A DNA stretch of 64,000 nucleotides from positions 1,426,001 to 1,490,000 of the forward strand of contig NC_091475.1 in NCBI RefSeq assembly GCF_036971445.1, given 5' to 3'. A program made the position numbers and the translations under genes. The notes below the pieces were generated by a model that worked only from the letters and a program-made list of their open reading frames with translations, was not told the DNA's origin and searched no databases. Origin of the DNA: Narcine bancroftii (lineage: Eukaryota). Position 1 is the first letter of the stretch; each line of letters starts with the position of its first letter. Shown piece by piece: positions 1 to 12,903 of this stretch.

Positions 1-410
1 GATCCCATGAGACGTTGGTTCAGAAGGTTCAATTGTTCAGACTTCAGAGGGAAGAGAAAATTGGATTAAACATTGGTTTTGCAGGAAAAGCCAGAGAGTA
101 GTACTGCAGTAACTGATAGCCTCTCTGATGATAGGCCTGTAACTAGAAGTGTGTCTCAGGGATTGGTCGGTGCTGAGTCGATTGTTGTTTGTCATCTATA
201 ATCAACAATCTGGACCATTGTGTGGTCAATTAGATCAGCAAGTTTGTAGATGACACAAAGACTGGAGGTGAGTAGACAGCGAAGAAGGTTTTCAGAGCTT
301 GCCTCAGGGTCTAGAGCAGCTGGAAAATTGGGCTGCAAAATGGCAGATGGAATGTGTGAGGTGTTGCAGTTTGGAAGGATTAACCAAGAGAGGACATTCC
401 CTCTTGATCA
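1..410 (+). mobile_element. Decayed CR1-type LINE reverse transcriptase fragment
   Basis: Broken frames resembling the SGVPQG..LG and ISKFxDDTK motifs; ORF 299..493 (LENWAAKWQME) is CR1-like. Confidence 0.7.
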
Positions 411-691
411 CGGATCTCCTTATTCCATTTCAAGACCACGTGGGCCGCTTGGCTGTTCCGTGCTCAAATCATAAACTCAGAGGAGATCGCTAATGTAGCC
501 CCCAAACTGTGGAACAACATTTCTGCCACCATCAAATCAGCCCCTTCCATCAACTTTCTTATATCCAGATGGAAGGTGTACTTTTATTCACTAGCGTTTT
601 GAATCCTCATGCACTTTGTGTTCTAACCTCTTGTATTCTTTTAATTCTGTACTTTAAATAGTTCCCTCGTTGTGATTTTTTGTTTATCTGT

Positions 692-875
692 CCAGCACTA
701 TGGAGATGGGTAATGCCAGATAAGTGAATTTTCCAGTTGCTTGAGCTTGCTTATTGCATGGATTGGCGAACTAATGGCAAGAAACGCCAATTTTATCCTT
801 TTATATTTTTTACCTATTTATTTTCAGCATTTCTTTTTGCCAGTTGCTTCAATTCCAGATACAGGGGTTTTACTG
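692..875. mobile_element. Tc1/mariner-type MITE, partial (same family as 31411-31606)
   Basis: Shares atgccagataagtgaa...ccagttgctt with the 31.4-kb copy and ends ggggttttactg|ta. Confidence 0.6.
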
Positions 876-919
876 TATTACCATGGACCCTTTCCAAAGC
901 CGCATAATCTCCCCCCTTG

Positions 920-1400
920 TGGCTAAAGACATACTCACTTGAATGTGGCAGAAGTGCCTCCAAGCCACCGATGCCAACCCTCCTCTGGGAGAGATCATTG
1001 GTGGAGTGCCCGGCTCTGCCAACACACCTGAATGTGCAGTCGCTGTAAGCCCATCAGCCTGCGACCCAATTCCCCACTGCCTGACAGCCTCTGCCCCATT
1101 GGGGAGGGGAGATTGGCAGGGGCCGTTGGGGCAAGGGAGGTCTGTGGGGGGCGTCAGGGGCAGCTGGTGTAGGCTGTGACAGCCTGGCTGGCTGCTCCTG
1201 CACTGCGGCCGCTCTCTGCGGCTCAAAACGCGGCATAGTAATGGCGATCTTCCCTACCCATAATCCCCCATGCAGCTGGAACTGTTGTGGGAAACAGAAT
1301 GGTTCCACCTGGATCGGGCAATGCTGCAGCAGCCTTAGGGCTGCCACCTGAAAGGTGTGTTCGCAGTTTTAAATCCACTTTTGTCGTTGGCCTTAAGGTG
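920..1400. repeat. GC-rich interspersed repeat, unclassified; related copy at about 23190-23857
   Basis: Both loci carry cccataatcccccatgcag(c/t)tggaactg and similar flanking motifs. Confidence 0.55.
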
Positions 1401-1619
1401 GAGGGTACACCAAATATGCTAGATTTATTTTTATTTTGTGAATACTTAAAGAAACTCTTTATGTCTGCCAAGCTTGAAGCTAATGACAGTGTTTGAACCG
1501 GGATAGCTCTATTTGAAATGGGATCACTAACTCTCCGAAGGTTGGTGTTTTATGGTATAAATCTCAAAATGTGGGATCATTTAAAATGCTATGAAAATGA
1601 AATGCCATCTGTTTGTTCT

Positions 1620-3023
1620 TATTTTATTTTTCACACTATAAACCACATTGATCAAGATACATACATTTTCCTTTTCAAATATATACAGTGTCGTTTTCTC
1701 CCCCCCCTCCTCCCATCCCACCCTCCCTACCTCCCCTCCCATTCATTTAAAGTTCAGAATCTAAGATACATTAAACCCGTTAAACAATGTTATCACTCAG
1801 TAAAAATAAACAAGAAATTCCACTGAGTCAGTTCTTTTCATTCCCTTCTCCTTCTGTCATTTTAGGTGGTAGATGTCCCCGGTAGGTTTTCTCTATTGTG
1901 TTTCATGTATGGCTCCCATATTTGTTCAAATATTGTAATATTATTTCTTAAATTATATGTTATTTTTTCTAATGGAATACATTTATTCATTTCTATATAC
2001 CATTGTTGTATTCTCAAGTTATCTTCTAATTTCCAGGCTGACATAATACATTTTTTTAGGGCTATCCTAACAAATCTTTTTTGTGCACCATCCATATCAA
2101 GTCCAAATTCTTTGTTTTTTATGTTACTTAGGAGGAAGATCTCTGGATTTTTTGGTATATTGCTTTTTGTGATTTTATTTAATATCTGGTTTAGATCTTC
2201 CCAAAATTTTTTCACTTTCTCGCATGTCCAGATTGCATGAATTGTTGTTCCCGTTTCCTTTTTACAGTGAAAACATCTGTCAGATACTGTTGGCTCCCAT
2301 TTATTTAACTTTTGAGGTGTAATATATAGCCTGTGTATCCAGTTATATTGTATCATACGTAACCTCGTATTTATTGTATTTCTCATAGTTCCTGAGCATA
2401 ACTTCTCCCATGTTTCCTTCTTTATCTTTACGTTTAGATCTTGTTCCCATTTTTGTTTAGTTTTACCATTTGTTTCCTCATTCTCCTTTTCTTGTAGTTT
2501 AATATACATATTTGTTATAAATTTTTTGATTATCATTGTGTCTGTAATCACATATTCAAAATTACTTCCCTCTGGTAACCTCAGACTGCTTCCCAATTTG
2601 TCCTTCAAGTAGGATTTCAGTTGGTAGTATGCCAGCACTGTATCGTGAGTTGTATTTATCCTTCATTTGTTCAAAGGATAATAATTTATTTCCTGAAAAG
2701 CAATTTTCTATTCTTTTGATCCCTTTTTTCTCCCATTCTCTAAAGGAAAGGTTATCTATTGTAAAAGGGATTAGCTGATTTTGCGTCAGTATTAGTTTTG
2801 GTAGTTAGTAATTTGTTTTATTCCTTTCTACATGAATCTTCTTCCAAATATTGAGCAGATGATGCAATACTGGAGAATTCCTACGTTGTACCAATTTTTC
2901 ATCCCATTTATATAATATGTGTTCAGGTATCTTCTCCCCTATTTTATCTAGTTCTAATCTAGTCCAATCTGGCTTTTCCCTTGTTTGATAAAAATCTGAT
3001 AGGTATCTTAATTGTGCGGCTCT
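1620..3023 (-). mobile_element. 5'-truncated L1-clade LINE (ORF2 C-terminus plus 3' UTR)
   Basis: ORF 1862..2638 contains the CFHC...HAIWTC Cys/His motif and is highly similar to the 3' part of the 35.6-39.3 kb copy. Confidence 0.9.
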
Positions 3024-3159
3024 TTTTATAGTACTTGAGTTTGGTCTGATAGCTGGGAGTTCATTACATGTATTTTCTCAAGGCTAAATATTTGTATTCA
3101 TCAGCAAAACTGAGTAAAGCTTTAGGTGGTGTATGTTTAAAAAAAATGTATGTGACATT

Positions 3160-3390
3160 GGGGTGCCATAGTTCGAGTAACGCTATTACAGCGCCAGCAA
3201 CTGGGACCATGGTTCGATTGCTACACGGTCTGTAAGGAGTTTGTTCATTTTTCCCGTGACTGTGTAGGTTTCCTCCTGGTGCTCTGGTTTCCTTCCACCA
3301 TTCAAAATAAACCATACCGAGGATTGTTGCTTAATTGGGCGGAACGGGCTCGTGGGCCAAAAGGGCCTGTTACCGTGCTGTATGTCTTAA
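3160..3390 (+). mobile_element. tRNA-derived V-SINE/HE1-like SINE
   Basis: B-box-like ggttcgatt, V-domain-like ggtttcctcctggtgctctggtttcct and CR1-like tail gggcctgttaccgtgctgtatg. Paralogs at about 52668-53010 and 57797-58040. Confidence 0.75.
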
Positions 3391-4673
3391 AAGAAATATG
3401 TATTATGTTATAGCATAATGTAAAGTCATTTATTAATAGAGCATCACCTGATGAACGAAAGACACGTTAGTAATTTGGAATGCAACAATTCTCACTATAA
3501 GACCTATTTATAGAGAATTTGAAGGCTTGATACAAACATTTTCAAGTCTATTAGCTACAGTGCATCTTCATTTATTTTGTGTGTTCTTGAAATGAGAGGT
3601 ATTTTGTACTGATGATTTGCATTGTATGTAGATTTGTGCTGCATATGAGAAGTGCGAAGAATGAATAGAATGTTAGAAATATATGAATTGTTTCTACTAT
3701 TTAAGTAGAAGGGAAGTCTTTTATTGTCTGGGTTTATAAATAAATTGAAATGATTTCCTCCATGGAATTGTGGAAACTAATCTGAAAATCCCTGAATCAA
3801 GCAGACTATTTAAGAGTTTTTTTAAATGGAAATTAACACAACTATCGGAGGACTTTTGTTGTGCATCCCCCTGTTTCCAGGGTTGTTCCAGTGTTTCAAC
3901 CTGTTTTGCTGAGGTGCCGTAATAACAGCCAAAATGAATCTACAGATTCAATTGTGGCCTGGATGATTTTGATTTTTGTTTGTCATCATTCTAACATTTA
4001 CTTTGCATTGAGGTTGTAGGTACCTGTCATCCAAATTAAAACATCATATAATTATTGCAAAAAGCATCTGATTGGAATTTTAGATTTTCCTTTCCTCTTC
4101 CACGCTTTGTTATTCATAACATAGTCTGTTACATTAAAATGCAGCATAATTCTGAAGATGTGGAAGAAAAAATACAAAATACTGAGGAAGCTCGTCTGGT
4201 TAAGCAGCACCTATGAAAAGAGAAACTGAGTTAAGATTTCAGGCCAATGAATCTTCATAACATTATTCCTGCAGATTATTTTTGTTTTTCATTTACGGAA
4301 GAAAGGTTCAATTCACTCTGACTCAAGATGCAGATGATTGGTTGAAATTATAGACTTGCCCAGCACAGAGACACACCCTTTGGCCCACCATGTCCATACC
4401 AGCCTTTTTACCCATCAAAGATGGTATTCTTCTTGGCTTTGTACATTGGTGTGTCTATCATAATATCCCTTGACCAGAATAATTGTATGTGATTCCACTT
4501 TGTCTAGCAACAGGTTCCAGATTGTGAAAAAAAGCTTTACTCTTCCCTTTTAATTTTTTGATTCCCTTTTAAACTGCTACCCTTCACTTTATAATGATGC
4601 TGTCTTGTTTTTGATAGTTCATTTTTCCCCCATGGAAGGGCAGTCTATCCTCTTTGTGCCATATTTTGACTAT

Positions 4674-5386
4674 TGTTACAGAGTTCTGTGTTGTGGCCTA
4701 TGTGTTGTGTGGTTTTATGTTAAAAAGTGACAGTTTGCCTTAGAGGGTGAAGGTGGACAGCTGAGAGAGTGGGAGACGGACTGAGGATGTGCAGAAAATG
4801 ATCTAAAAATTTCTGGACTTGGACAATAAGCCATCACTGAGGGTGATGCTGTGGAGTGGAAGGAGGACCAGAGCATGAGTCATGGTCTGGAGGACAGTTT
4901 AGAATGTTGGGATTTCAAAAAGGATGAACTTTCCGAAGGCAGCCAGAAGGATCCAGACCAAGCCAGTGGTTCCTCTCTCTGCAAGCAACACAAGACAACT
5001 TCGAATTTTGTGCTCTTTCTATCTCTCTCTCAAAGGTCTTTTGTCTTTAGTTTACCAAACAAACTGAATTTTGTTTATGATCTTTGCTTCAGTTGAGATC
5101 GAAGTTTTGTGAGTCTTGTGTGTTTCGTGTTTGTTTTGTGTCTAAGTTTTTCTGTGGGCTGGTTGGAAGTGTAGCTTAGACTTTAATTCCATATGTTATA
5201 TTTAGGCTGGGGAATTTATTAGTTTTACACTGTTATAGAAATTTGATTAGTAACCAGTGGGCATTGTTAGAAAAGGGGGGATTTTGAATTAAAGTTTGAA
5301 GGTGAATTTTTTGTTAATAAAGTAATTGTTCATCTTTACCCCTCTGCGATTTGCCTTCTTGTGGTTGCTGGTTTGATCTTGTAACA
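4674..5386 (+). mobile_element. Solo LTR (Gypsy-like), 713 bp
   Basis: TGTTACA...TGTAACA inverted termini, perfect 4-bp TSD CTAT (4670-4673 and 5387-5390), and AATAAA near the 3' end. Confidence 0.85.
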
Positions 5387-5569
5387 CTATCTCTATTCAA
5401 TGTCAATTTAACATCAGCACAATGTCTGGCTGACAGATTAAATTCTTACCAAGTCTAGAAGATAATTTGCTATCTCAATCCTAATTGAATATTTGTTTTG
5501 TTATAGACCACAGAACGTGTTGGTTTTGGGCAGACTGCACTGGTGCTTAAATTGGAGCTGGTCCATGCC

Positions 5570-5682
5570 ATGCCTGGTGGACGGCGGGGCCCAAGTCGGC
5601 AGCAGCTGAGCCGCTCAGCATTGCCATCTCTGCAGACCATTGTGGGTGGCAGCTGTGGGAATGGGACTGGGATAAGGAACAG
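5570..5682 (+). CDS. TMEM39A: TMEM39A coding exon 1 (exon starts 5507 after ttatag acceptor; ATG at 5570)
   Basis: Encodes [37 protein letters not shown](R), near-identical to the vertebrate TMEM39A N-terminus as I recall it and unlike TMEM39B. Donor is AG|gtatac, phase 2. The acceptor implies an upstream non-coding exon that I did not locate. Confidence 0.96.
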
Positions 5683-6430
5683 GTATACATTACACATCCT
5701 TTGTTTAAGTTACCTTTATTTTAAAATAGGAAGACATTATTCCATTCAAATTTATTATGCTTAATCTTCTGAGCAGTGTCAGAGTGAATTGTCACATTCT
5801 GCTATCTCATTTGAGAATTCTGCATATAGTTGAATATTCTGGGGTTTTTTTTAACAGAATGTGGTTGTGCTATGAAGTAGTTATGTTTCTGGCTTTCCAG
5901 TCGGATTCTCGAGCATGCCTGACCTGTTATTTTTGACATTACTCACATCATCAGGAAAAGATCAATTGAATGGAGTTTTGATCAAGCTATAAAATGCTCT
6001 GGACAGCTGACACCTTAGATTTAATGTCTAGTTTTAAGATGGGAAAACAATAAAAAAGTGAATACTGAATATCCAAACTGTGAAACTGATAAAACGTGCC
6101 AAATATATTCTTCATAAATACCAGATCCGAAATGTCTGGTATTTCCCTTTACTTCCTGCTGAGTTGCTCCAATATGGTTCTGTCTTTCCTTTGTTAAATT
6201 AGATAATGCCAAGATCTTATTTTCAAGAGAGATGAAGGATATAGAAGAGATGATAAAAAATCTATTGCTTCAGAGATAATTATATATTTCTAGATCTGTT
6301 CCAGATGGGGAAATATATAGCCTGAAAGAAATATCAATATGTGGGGATGTTGAATAATTCATATTGAGCAAATTAAGTTATTTAGAATTTTAGAAATTAA
6401 AACAAGGAAAGATGTGAATGAGAGAAGACA

Positions 6431-7740
6431 ATAAGAAGGTGGCGACGTCATAAGAAGGTGGCGACGCCATGAGAAGGTGGCGACGCCATGAGAAGGTGGC
6501 GACGCCATGAGAAGGTGGCGACGCCATGAGAAGGTGGCGACGCCATGAGAAGGTGGCGACGCCATGAGAAGGTGGCGACGCCATGAGAAGGTGGCGACGC
6601 CATGAGAAGGTGGCGACGCCATGAGAAGGTGGCGACGCCATGAGAAGGTGGCGACGCCATGAGAAGGTGGCGACGCCATGAGAAGGTGGCGACGCCATGA
6701 GAAGGTGGCGACGCCATGAGAAGGTGGCGACGCCATGAGAAGGTGGCGACGCCATGAGAAGGTGGCGACGCCATGAGAAGGTGGCGACGCCATGAGAAGG
6801 TGGCGACGCCATGAGAAGGTGGCGACGCCATGAGAAGGTGGCGACGCCATGAGAAGGTGGCGACGCCATGAGAAGGTGGCGACGCCATGAGAAGGTGGCG
6901 ACGCCATGAGAAGGTGGCGACGCCATGAGAAGGTGGCGACGCCATGAGAAGGTGGCGACGCCATGAGAAGGTGGCGACGCCATGAGAAGGTGGCGACGCC
7001 ATGAGAAGGTGGCGACGCCATGAGAAGGTGGCGACGCCATGAGAAGGTGGCGACGCCATGAGAAGGTGGCGACGCCATGAGAAGGTGGCGACGCCATGAG
7101 AAGGTGGCGACGCCATGAGAAGGTGGCGACGCCATGAGAAGGTGGCGACGCCATGAGAAGGTGGCGACGCCATGAGAAGGTGGCGACGCCATGAGAAGGT
7201 GGCGACGCCATGAGAAGGTGGCGACGCCATGAGAAGGTGGCGACGCCATGAGAAGGTGGCGACGCCATGAGAAGGTGGCGACGCCATGAGAAGGTGGCGA
7301 CGCCATGAGAAGGTGGCGACGCCATGAGAAGGTGGCGACGCCATGAGAAGGTGGCGACGCCATGAGAAGGTGGCGACGCCATGAGAAGGTGGCGACGCCA
7401 TGAGAAGGTGGCGACGCCATGAGAAGGTGGCGACGCCATGAGAAGGTGGCGACGCCATGAGAAGGTGGCGACGCCATGAGAAGGTGGCGACGCCATGAGA
7501 AGGTGGCGACGCCATGAGAAGGTGGCGACGCCATGAGAAGGTGGCGACGCCATGAGAAGGTGGCGACGCCATGAGAAGGTGGCGACGCCATGAGAAGGTG
7601 GCGACGCCATGAGAAGGTGGCGACGCCATGAGAAGGTGGCGACGCCATGAGAAGGTGGCGACGCCATGAGAAGGTGGCGACGCCATGAGAAGGTGGCGAC
7701 GCCATGAGAAGGTGGCGACGCCATGAGAAGGTGGCGATGT
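6431..7740. repeat. 19-bp minisatellite (ATGAGAAGGTGGCGACGCC)n, 68 units plus a terminal variant
   Basis: Directly visible; the period is exact from 6431 to 7723 (1292/19 = 68). Variants occur only at the two array ends. Confidence 0.99.
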
Positions 7741-8491
7741 AAGGCCTATGAGCCTGCTCATGGCTAATCAAATCTTGGCCTCTTCCATTTTTCCACTTCC
7801 AATTCGTTTTTGACTGCCTTGCCATTTGGTGTCTCTTGCCACTAATTTTTGAATATAGAGACCAGACCAGGTGAAGTTGGCAGATTACTTCCCCTGAAGG
7901 ACATTAGTGAACCTCAGTGTTGTGACAATGCAGTACATTTTGTAATCATTATTACCGATGCTGGTTGTTTATCAAAATTTCTGAACTTTAACAATTAAAT
8001 TTCATCGCTGCTTTGGATAAATTTGAACACACAGTCATAATTCTGCAAAATTATTTCAAAATTTTCCTTTTTTAAAATATTTTTATTGAGTTTAATATAA
8101 TTTCATATACATGCTGCATCATAATATATGGATATATAATTGTAAAAATGCACTAATTAACTTTCCAATTTTCATTATTAATTATTGATTAACATTGTAA
8201 ATCGAAAAAATGAAAATCACATGAATTACATTACAAGCAGTCTGCTCTCTCGGACCATCATATAAACTCTGATTGATAAACTTATTTTTTTTAAAAGAGA
8301 GAAAAAAAGCCAAACTAATATTAATCGAACTCCTCTCTCTAATAAATGGTTAAGATTAAAAATGACTGGGAACAAGATCTGATATAATCTTCCCAGATGA
8401 GGACTGGCATCCACTCTTAGTTTGATTAATGATTCATCATTTTGTGCTAGACATTGTTTATTACAATTTAAAGTGGTGAGCAGAATACATA

Positions 8492-8904
8492 CAGTACAAC
8501 TCAGATTATCTGAAATCAGATTCTCCAAAATCCTGTTATCTGAAATTTTTTTAAAAATTTATCTGAAGCCCTCGTTTATCCAAAACTTTTTCGGAGCTGA
8601 ACTGACCGGGGACGGCAGGCTCCCCGGTGGTGGCAGTAGTGGACCTTCGGAGCTTGGGCCCTCAGTGCTGGCAGCAGCAGACCTCAAGCTCCCGAGCAGG
8701 AGCAGACCATTGGGGATGGCCAGCAATTTTTTGGTGAGAATTAAACATTATTTTAATGCTTAAAAAGCCTTCCCTTGTTGATTGTTGTTGTTTTAACACT
8801 GTTACAAGTGATTTGCTGTTACTACTGGGCTGTTTTTAAAAAATGACCAGTTCTCTGGAAAAAAAACCCTGTCCCTACCATTTTTGATAATCAGAGTTGC
8901 ACTG
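8492..8904. mobile_element. Tc1/mariner (Tigger-like) MITE inserted in an old L1-like 3' fragment (about 8250-9500)
   Basis: TIRs cagtacaactcagattatc and gataatcagagttgcactg; TA on the left flank. Confidence 0.75.
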
Positions 8905-9725
8905 TGTATGTCTAAACTTAAATTATTTCATTTTTATGCACATGTGTGAAAGGTGTAAAATTTTAGAGGCCTCACTAATTCACACGTTTTGGGAATGTCC
9001 CAAATTATGAAGATTCTGGAAGAATATTTTTGAATCTTCATCAATAATTTTTAAGACTAAAATAGATCCCTGCCCTTTAATTGCCTTGTTTGGTTTTATT
9101 CGCGATCCAACTATCCTTTGTCAGTATCTCGAGAAGGTTTTTAGCTTTTAGTACACTGATAGCCAGACGGGGGGTTTTAATGAAGTGGAAAAGTGAACTT
9201 CCACTGACTCATGGGTAGTGGCTACATGACATAATAGCATATTTAAGTTTGAAAAAAATTAGATATATCGAAGACTAAAAGTTCCAGTTTGAAAAGATAT
9301 GGGGTCCATTCATAGATTATTATCATGGTTGGCAGTTTTAGGCATTGTGGCTGCTCTGGAGATGCTATGTCTGGCTTCAGCTTCTGATCCAGTTTCGTTT
9401 TTATTTCTTTTTGTTGTTTATTTCAAAATTTTCCAAGGGTTTCAGTTGTATTTTTTATATTTTTGTTTCCAAATAGGTATCATTGTCTTGATTTTGTGAG
9501 AAGGTGAATGGGAGAGAAAGGGAAAAAAACATGTTCAGATTTTTTTTAAACTTTATTTGACGTGTAAGAAATCTTCGACTTGAGTTGGCTCAGCAGGCTT
9601 TGTTTTTCTTCTCTTTCTCTTACTAAAAGGGGCGCCGGGCAACACTAATGGTGTTGCTTTGTAGCAGGCAGAAGGCAATTTCTGTATTATTACCTGACAA
9701 AAAAGGAATCTTGAATTGTTTAGAC

Positions 9726-12581
9726 CAGCCATTCTGAATGGGGCCAGAGCCTCCCTTCCTCCCCCTCCCCAGCCCCAACCCCATGGGCCACATCACATTT
9801 AAGAGGACACAGAATTAAATATTTAATTGGGGTGGGGGGGGGTGAGGTGTGTAGGGAGCACAGAGACTAAATGGATTAAACATTTTTTGAGGAATGGATG
9901 GACTTTGTCACTAGGCTAAGTTGTATAGTCGCCAAGCAGTGGAGATTTTTTTCAAAATAGGAGGTATTTGAAGAAAGACGAATGAATGTGGAAAATTAAC
10001 AATGTTTTCAGAACATTCCTTGCTTTGATATAGATCATAACAGCACAGAACAGGCCCTTCAGCCCACAATGTTGTGCCGACCTTTAGACTCTGCCTCCCA
10101 CATAACCCTCCATTTTAAATTCCTCCATATGCTTGTCTAGTAGTCTTTTGAATTTCACCAACGTACCTGCCTCCACCACTGACCCAGGTCGTGCGCACCA
10201 CACACCAACCACTCTCTGGGTAAAATACCTTCCTCTGATATCTCCCTTGAACTTCCCACCCATTTCCTTAGAGCCATGCCCTCTTGAGCAGTGGTGCCGT
10301 GGAGGCATAGATTGTCCACTCTATCTATTCCTCTTAATATCTTGTATACCTCTATCATGTCTCCTCTCATCCTCCTCTCCAAAGAGTAAAGCCCTACCTC
10401 CCTCAATCACTGCTCATAATGCATACTCTCTAAACCAAGTAGCCTGGTCAATCTCCTCTGCACCCTTTCCAACACTTCCATGTCTTTCCTGTAATGAGGT
10501 GACCAGAACTGAACACAGTACTCCAAGTGTGGTCTAACCAGGGTTTTGTAGATGATTGTGTTGACTGACATGGAACCATTACCTTTTATGTAGCTTTTGT
10601 TCCAATCACTTTCAATTCCATGAAATAAGTGTGCAGGCCAAAATGTTTTGCTCCATATTTCTCACATTTACAAGCACCCTCATTTTGCTTCAAGTTTTCG
10701 TGTCGGGCCGTGAATGTATGTCTTCTCCTATCAAAGTAGGTATGTATTATCCACAAAATTTAAATGGACTTTTGAGCTAACCCTTTGGAAGAAGTGCCTT
10801 TGTTTTGTAATAGTTCATTTTTTTACTTTCAGAAATAATTTTACTCACGAGTTCCTCGGCAAAAGGAAATGTCAGCAGTATTTGATGGAATATTCATCAG
10901 ATGGATTCATTACATCTCTGCAAAACCTTTCTCTGCTCACATATTTGATTTGTTTGAATACATTTTCAAATGAAAGCATGAGGCCAAGCAAGCTGAGATA
11001 ACATTTAGAGCATACATAAAGAGAAGAAAGATGAACCCTTGGATTACCTCAAAACCCTTGGATAATTTTGAGGGAAGCCCAGCGCTCAAACAGATGATTA
11101 CTGAAATGTCACAGAAATTAGAAAAGGGTCTTCTTGCATCATTCAAGAGAAGTGAATTGATTATGAAAAAAGGAAATGCTCATAACATCGCCGAGTCGTT
11201 TATTTTGTCTTCAGTGTCCAAAATATCTGACATCATGAACTTGAATGGCAAAGAAACTATATAGGAAATTCCTTTAGAGTAATTCCATTGCCTCTAGAAG
11301 AATTTGAGATGGCAATGAACATTGAAAGACCATTTGTCATTTCATGCATCCAAAAAATTCCCTTTAAAATTAGACGGATCCACTCAGCAAGAGAACGATG
11401 CTCATCTAATAGATTATGCCAGATACTGGAATGGAAACGAGCTGATGGAAGATATGCTTACCAGAAGGATTAAAACAGACACCAAGGGACTGACTATTTT
11501 CAAAGAAGTTAAGAATTACATAAACAAGAACAGTATTTCATTCTAGAATATAGTTACTTGTGCAACTGATGGTGCCACTTCTAGAATTGGACATCATACG
11601 CTTGAGCTTCAGTCTTTACTATTCATTGCATCGTTTGTAGGGACCACTTCGTGGCTAAATATTTGGAGGCTGTTTAAATCTTTCACTTTCAATTGTCATA
11701 AAGACTGTAAATTTTATAAAATGACGTGCCCTTCTAGATTATCTATTCCACCAGCTGTGTGAAGAAAATGACACACATTTCCAGATACTGCTGCTGCAAT
11801 ACCAGGGTGAGGTGGCTGTCCAAAGGAATTCGTCTTTGTTATTTTGTTGCCCTCTGGGACACAATTGTTTCTTTCTCATAATGAGCATGGAAAAAAACTT
11901 GTTGATGCAAAGGAAGGCACATTTTATCAAGCAGGTACCTTGATTGATCTTCAGAGTGAAACAAGTGCACACCGTAAGTTCATTCTATTTAAAAAAAGAT
12001 TTTTGGGTTAAGGGTGATCTGCCGAATAGATTTCCAAAACTTTGGGAAAAGAGCAAACTATTTTACACTGCCTTTCCCTCAATCTAGTTAAATGTGGATT
12101 CAGCAAGACCGTTTCCTTGACAAATCCAGGAACAGACTTGAAATTGCAACAAGAGGTGACCTTCAACTAAGATGGTCAAATTTGGAGCCTGACATTTAAA
12201 AAAATCTGCACGTGAACATCAGGCTCAAGGATCTCTCAAGTTTATGCTTAAGATTCCTTCATGGCTCATTGTGTACAAACCATTGCACTCTAAAACTCTT
12301 TTTGTAATATGCATGTTCATGTTTTCTTCTTTTGTACTTGTTCAGTAAGAATGAATTCCTACTTGTTCTTGAATCACAGACCACAGTTGTTATGTTCAGA
12401 GTCAAAGTCTAATTTTCTTTTCATCTTGCATAACATCAATATTTTTAATGTATTTTATAAAGTTGGTAGGAGAAAAGTACAGAAGAAAACACTAAACGAC
12501 TGCTTCACAGGGAAGTGGGTCTATAAACTTTGAGGCGAGTCCTAAGGGGGCCAAAGCAAAAAAAAAAGTTGAGAATGGCTG
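9726..12581 (+). mobile_element. Fossil hAT (Charlie/Buster-like) DNA transposon with decayed transposase at about 10850-12240
   Basis: TIRs CAGCCATTCTGAA and TTGAGAATGGCTG. Fragments read LICLNTFSNESMRPSKL, AHNIAESFIL, LDGST, CATDGA, IHCIV and RWLSKG, with many stops and frameshifts. Both 8-bp flanks have a central TA but are not identical. Confidence 0.8.
10030..10550 (-). mobile_element. CR1-type LINE 3' end nested in the hAT element
   Basis: ORFs read GLYSLERRMRGDMIEVYKILRGID and RYFTQRVVGVW...FKRLLDKHM, with a typical CR1 3' tail. Confidence 0.85.
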
Positions 12582-12903
12582 CCCTAAATTAGCATTGAGC
12601 ACTGATAATGCCACTGACTGGAAAATCTGTATCACCAATTGTTTTCAGTCTAAATAGATTTTGAGATTGTCCTTTTCTAAACTCAAAATTGCCAGTGTTT
12701 AATTATATTTTCAATGTGTTGTTTTTGCTGTGTGCTGATATAGATTACTGAGAATCCTAATGTCCCAATGAGATATCTCTGATCAAAAAGTCATCGTTTT
12801 TAAAAAGTGCTTTTTACAAGTATTTTGATATCTTTCTCTGAAACTGATTTGAACAAATTTAAAGACGGCTATTTCCATATACCTTTATTTCGCATTTTTT
12901 CAG

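Noticed and set aside
3445-3466. CTGATGA-ACGAAA hammerhead-like core
   Set aside because: There is no room for stem II and no supporting stems I/III.
6359-7825. Three overlapping 437-488 aa ORFs and a CRISPR-like appearance
   Set aside because: This is a pure tandem 19-mer with no spacers and no cas genes. The ORFs exist only because the unit lacks stops on the - strand.
10850-12240. ZBED/SCAND3/FAM200-like domesticated gene
   Set aside because: It has numerous stops and frameshifts and is bounded by TIRs, so it is a transposon fossil.
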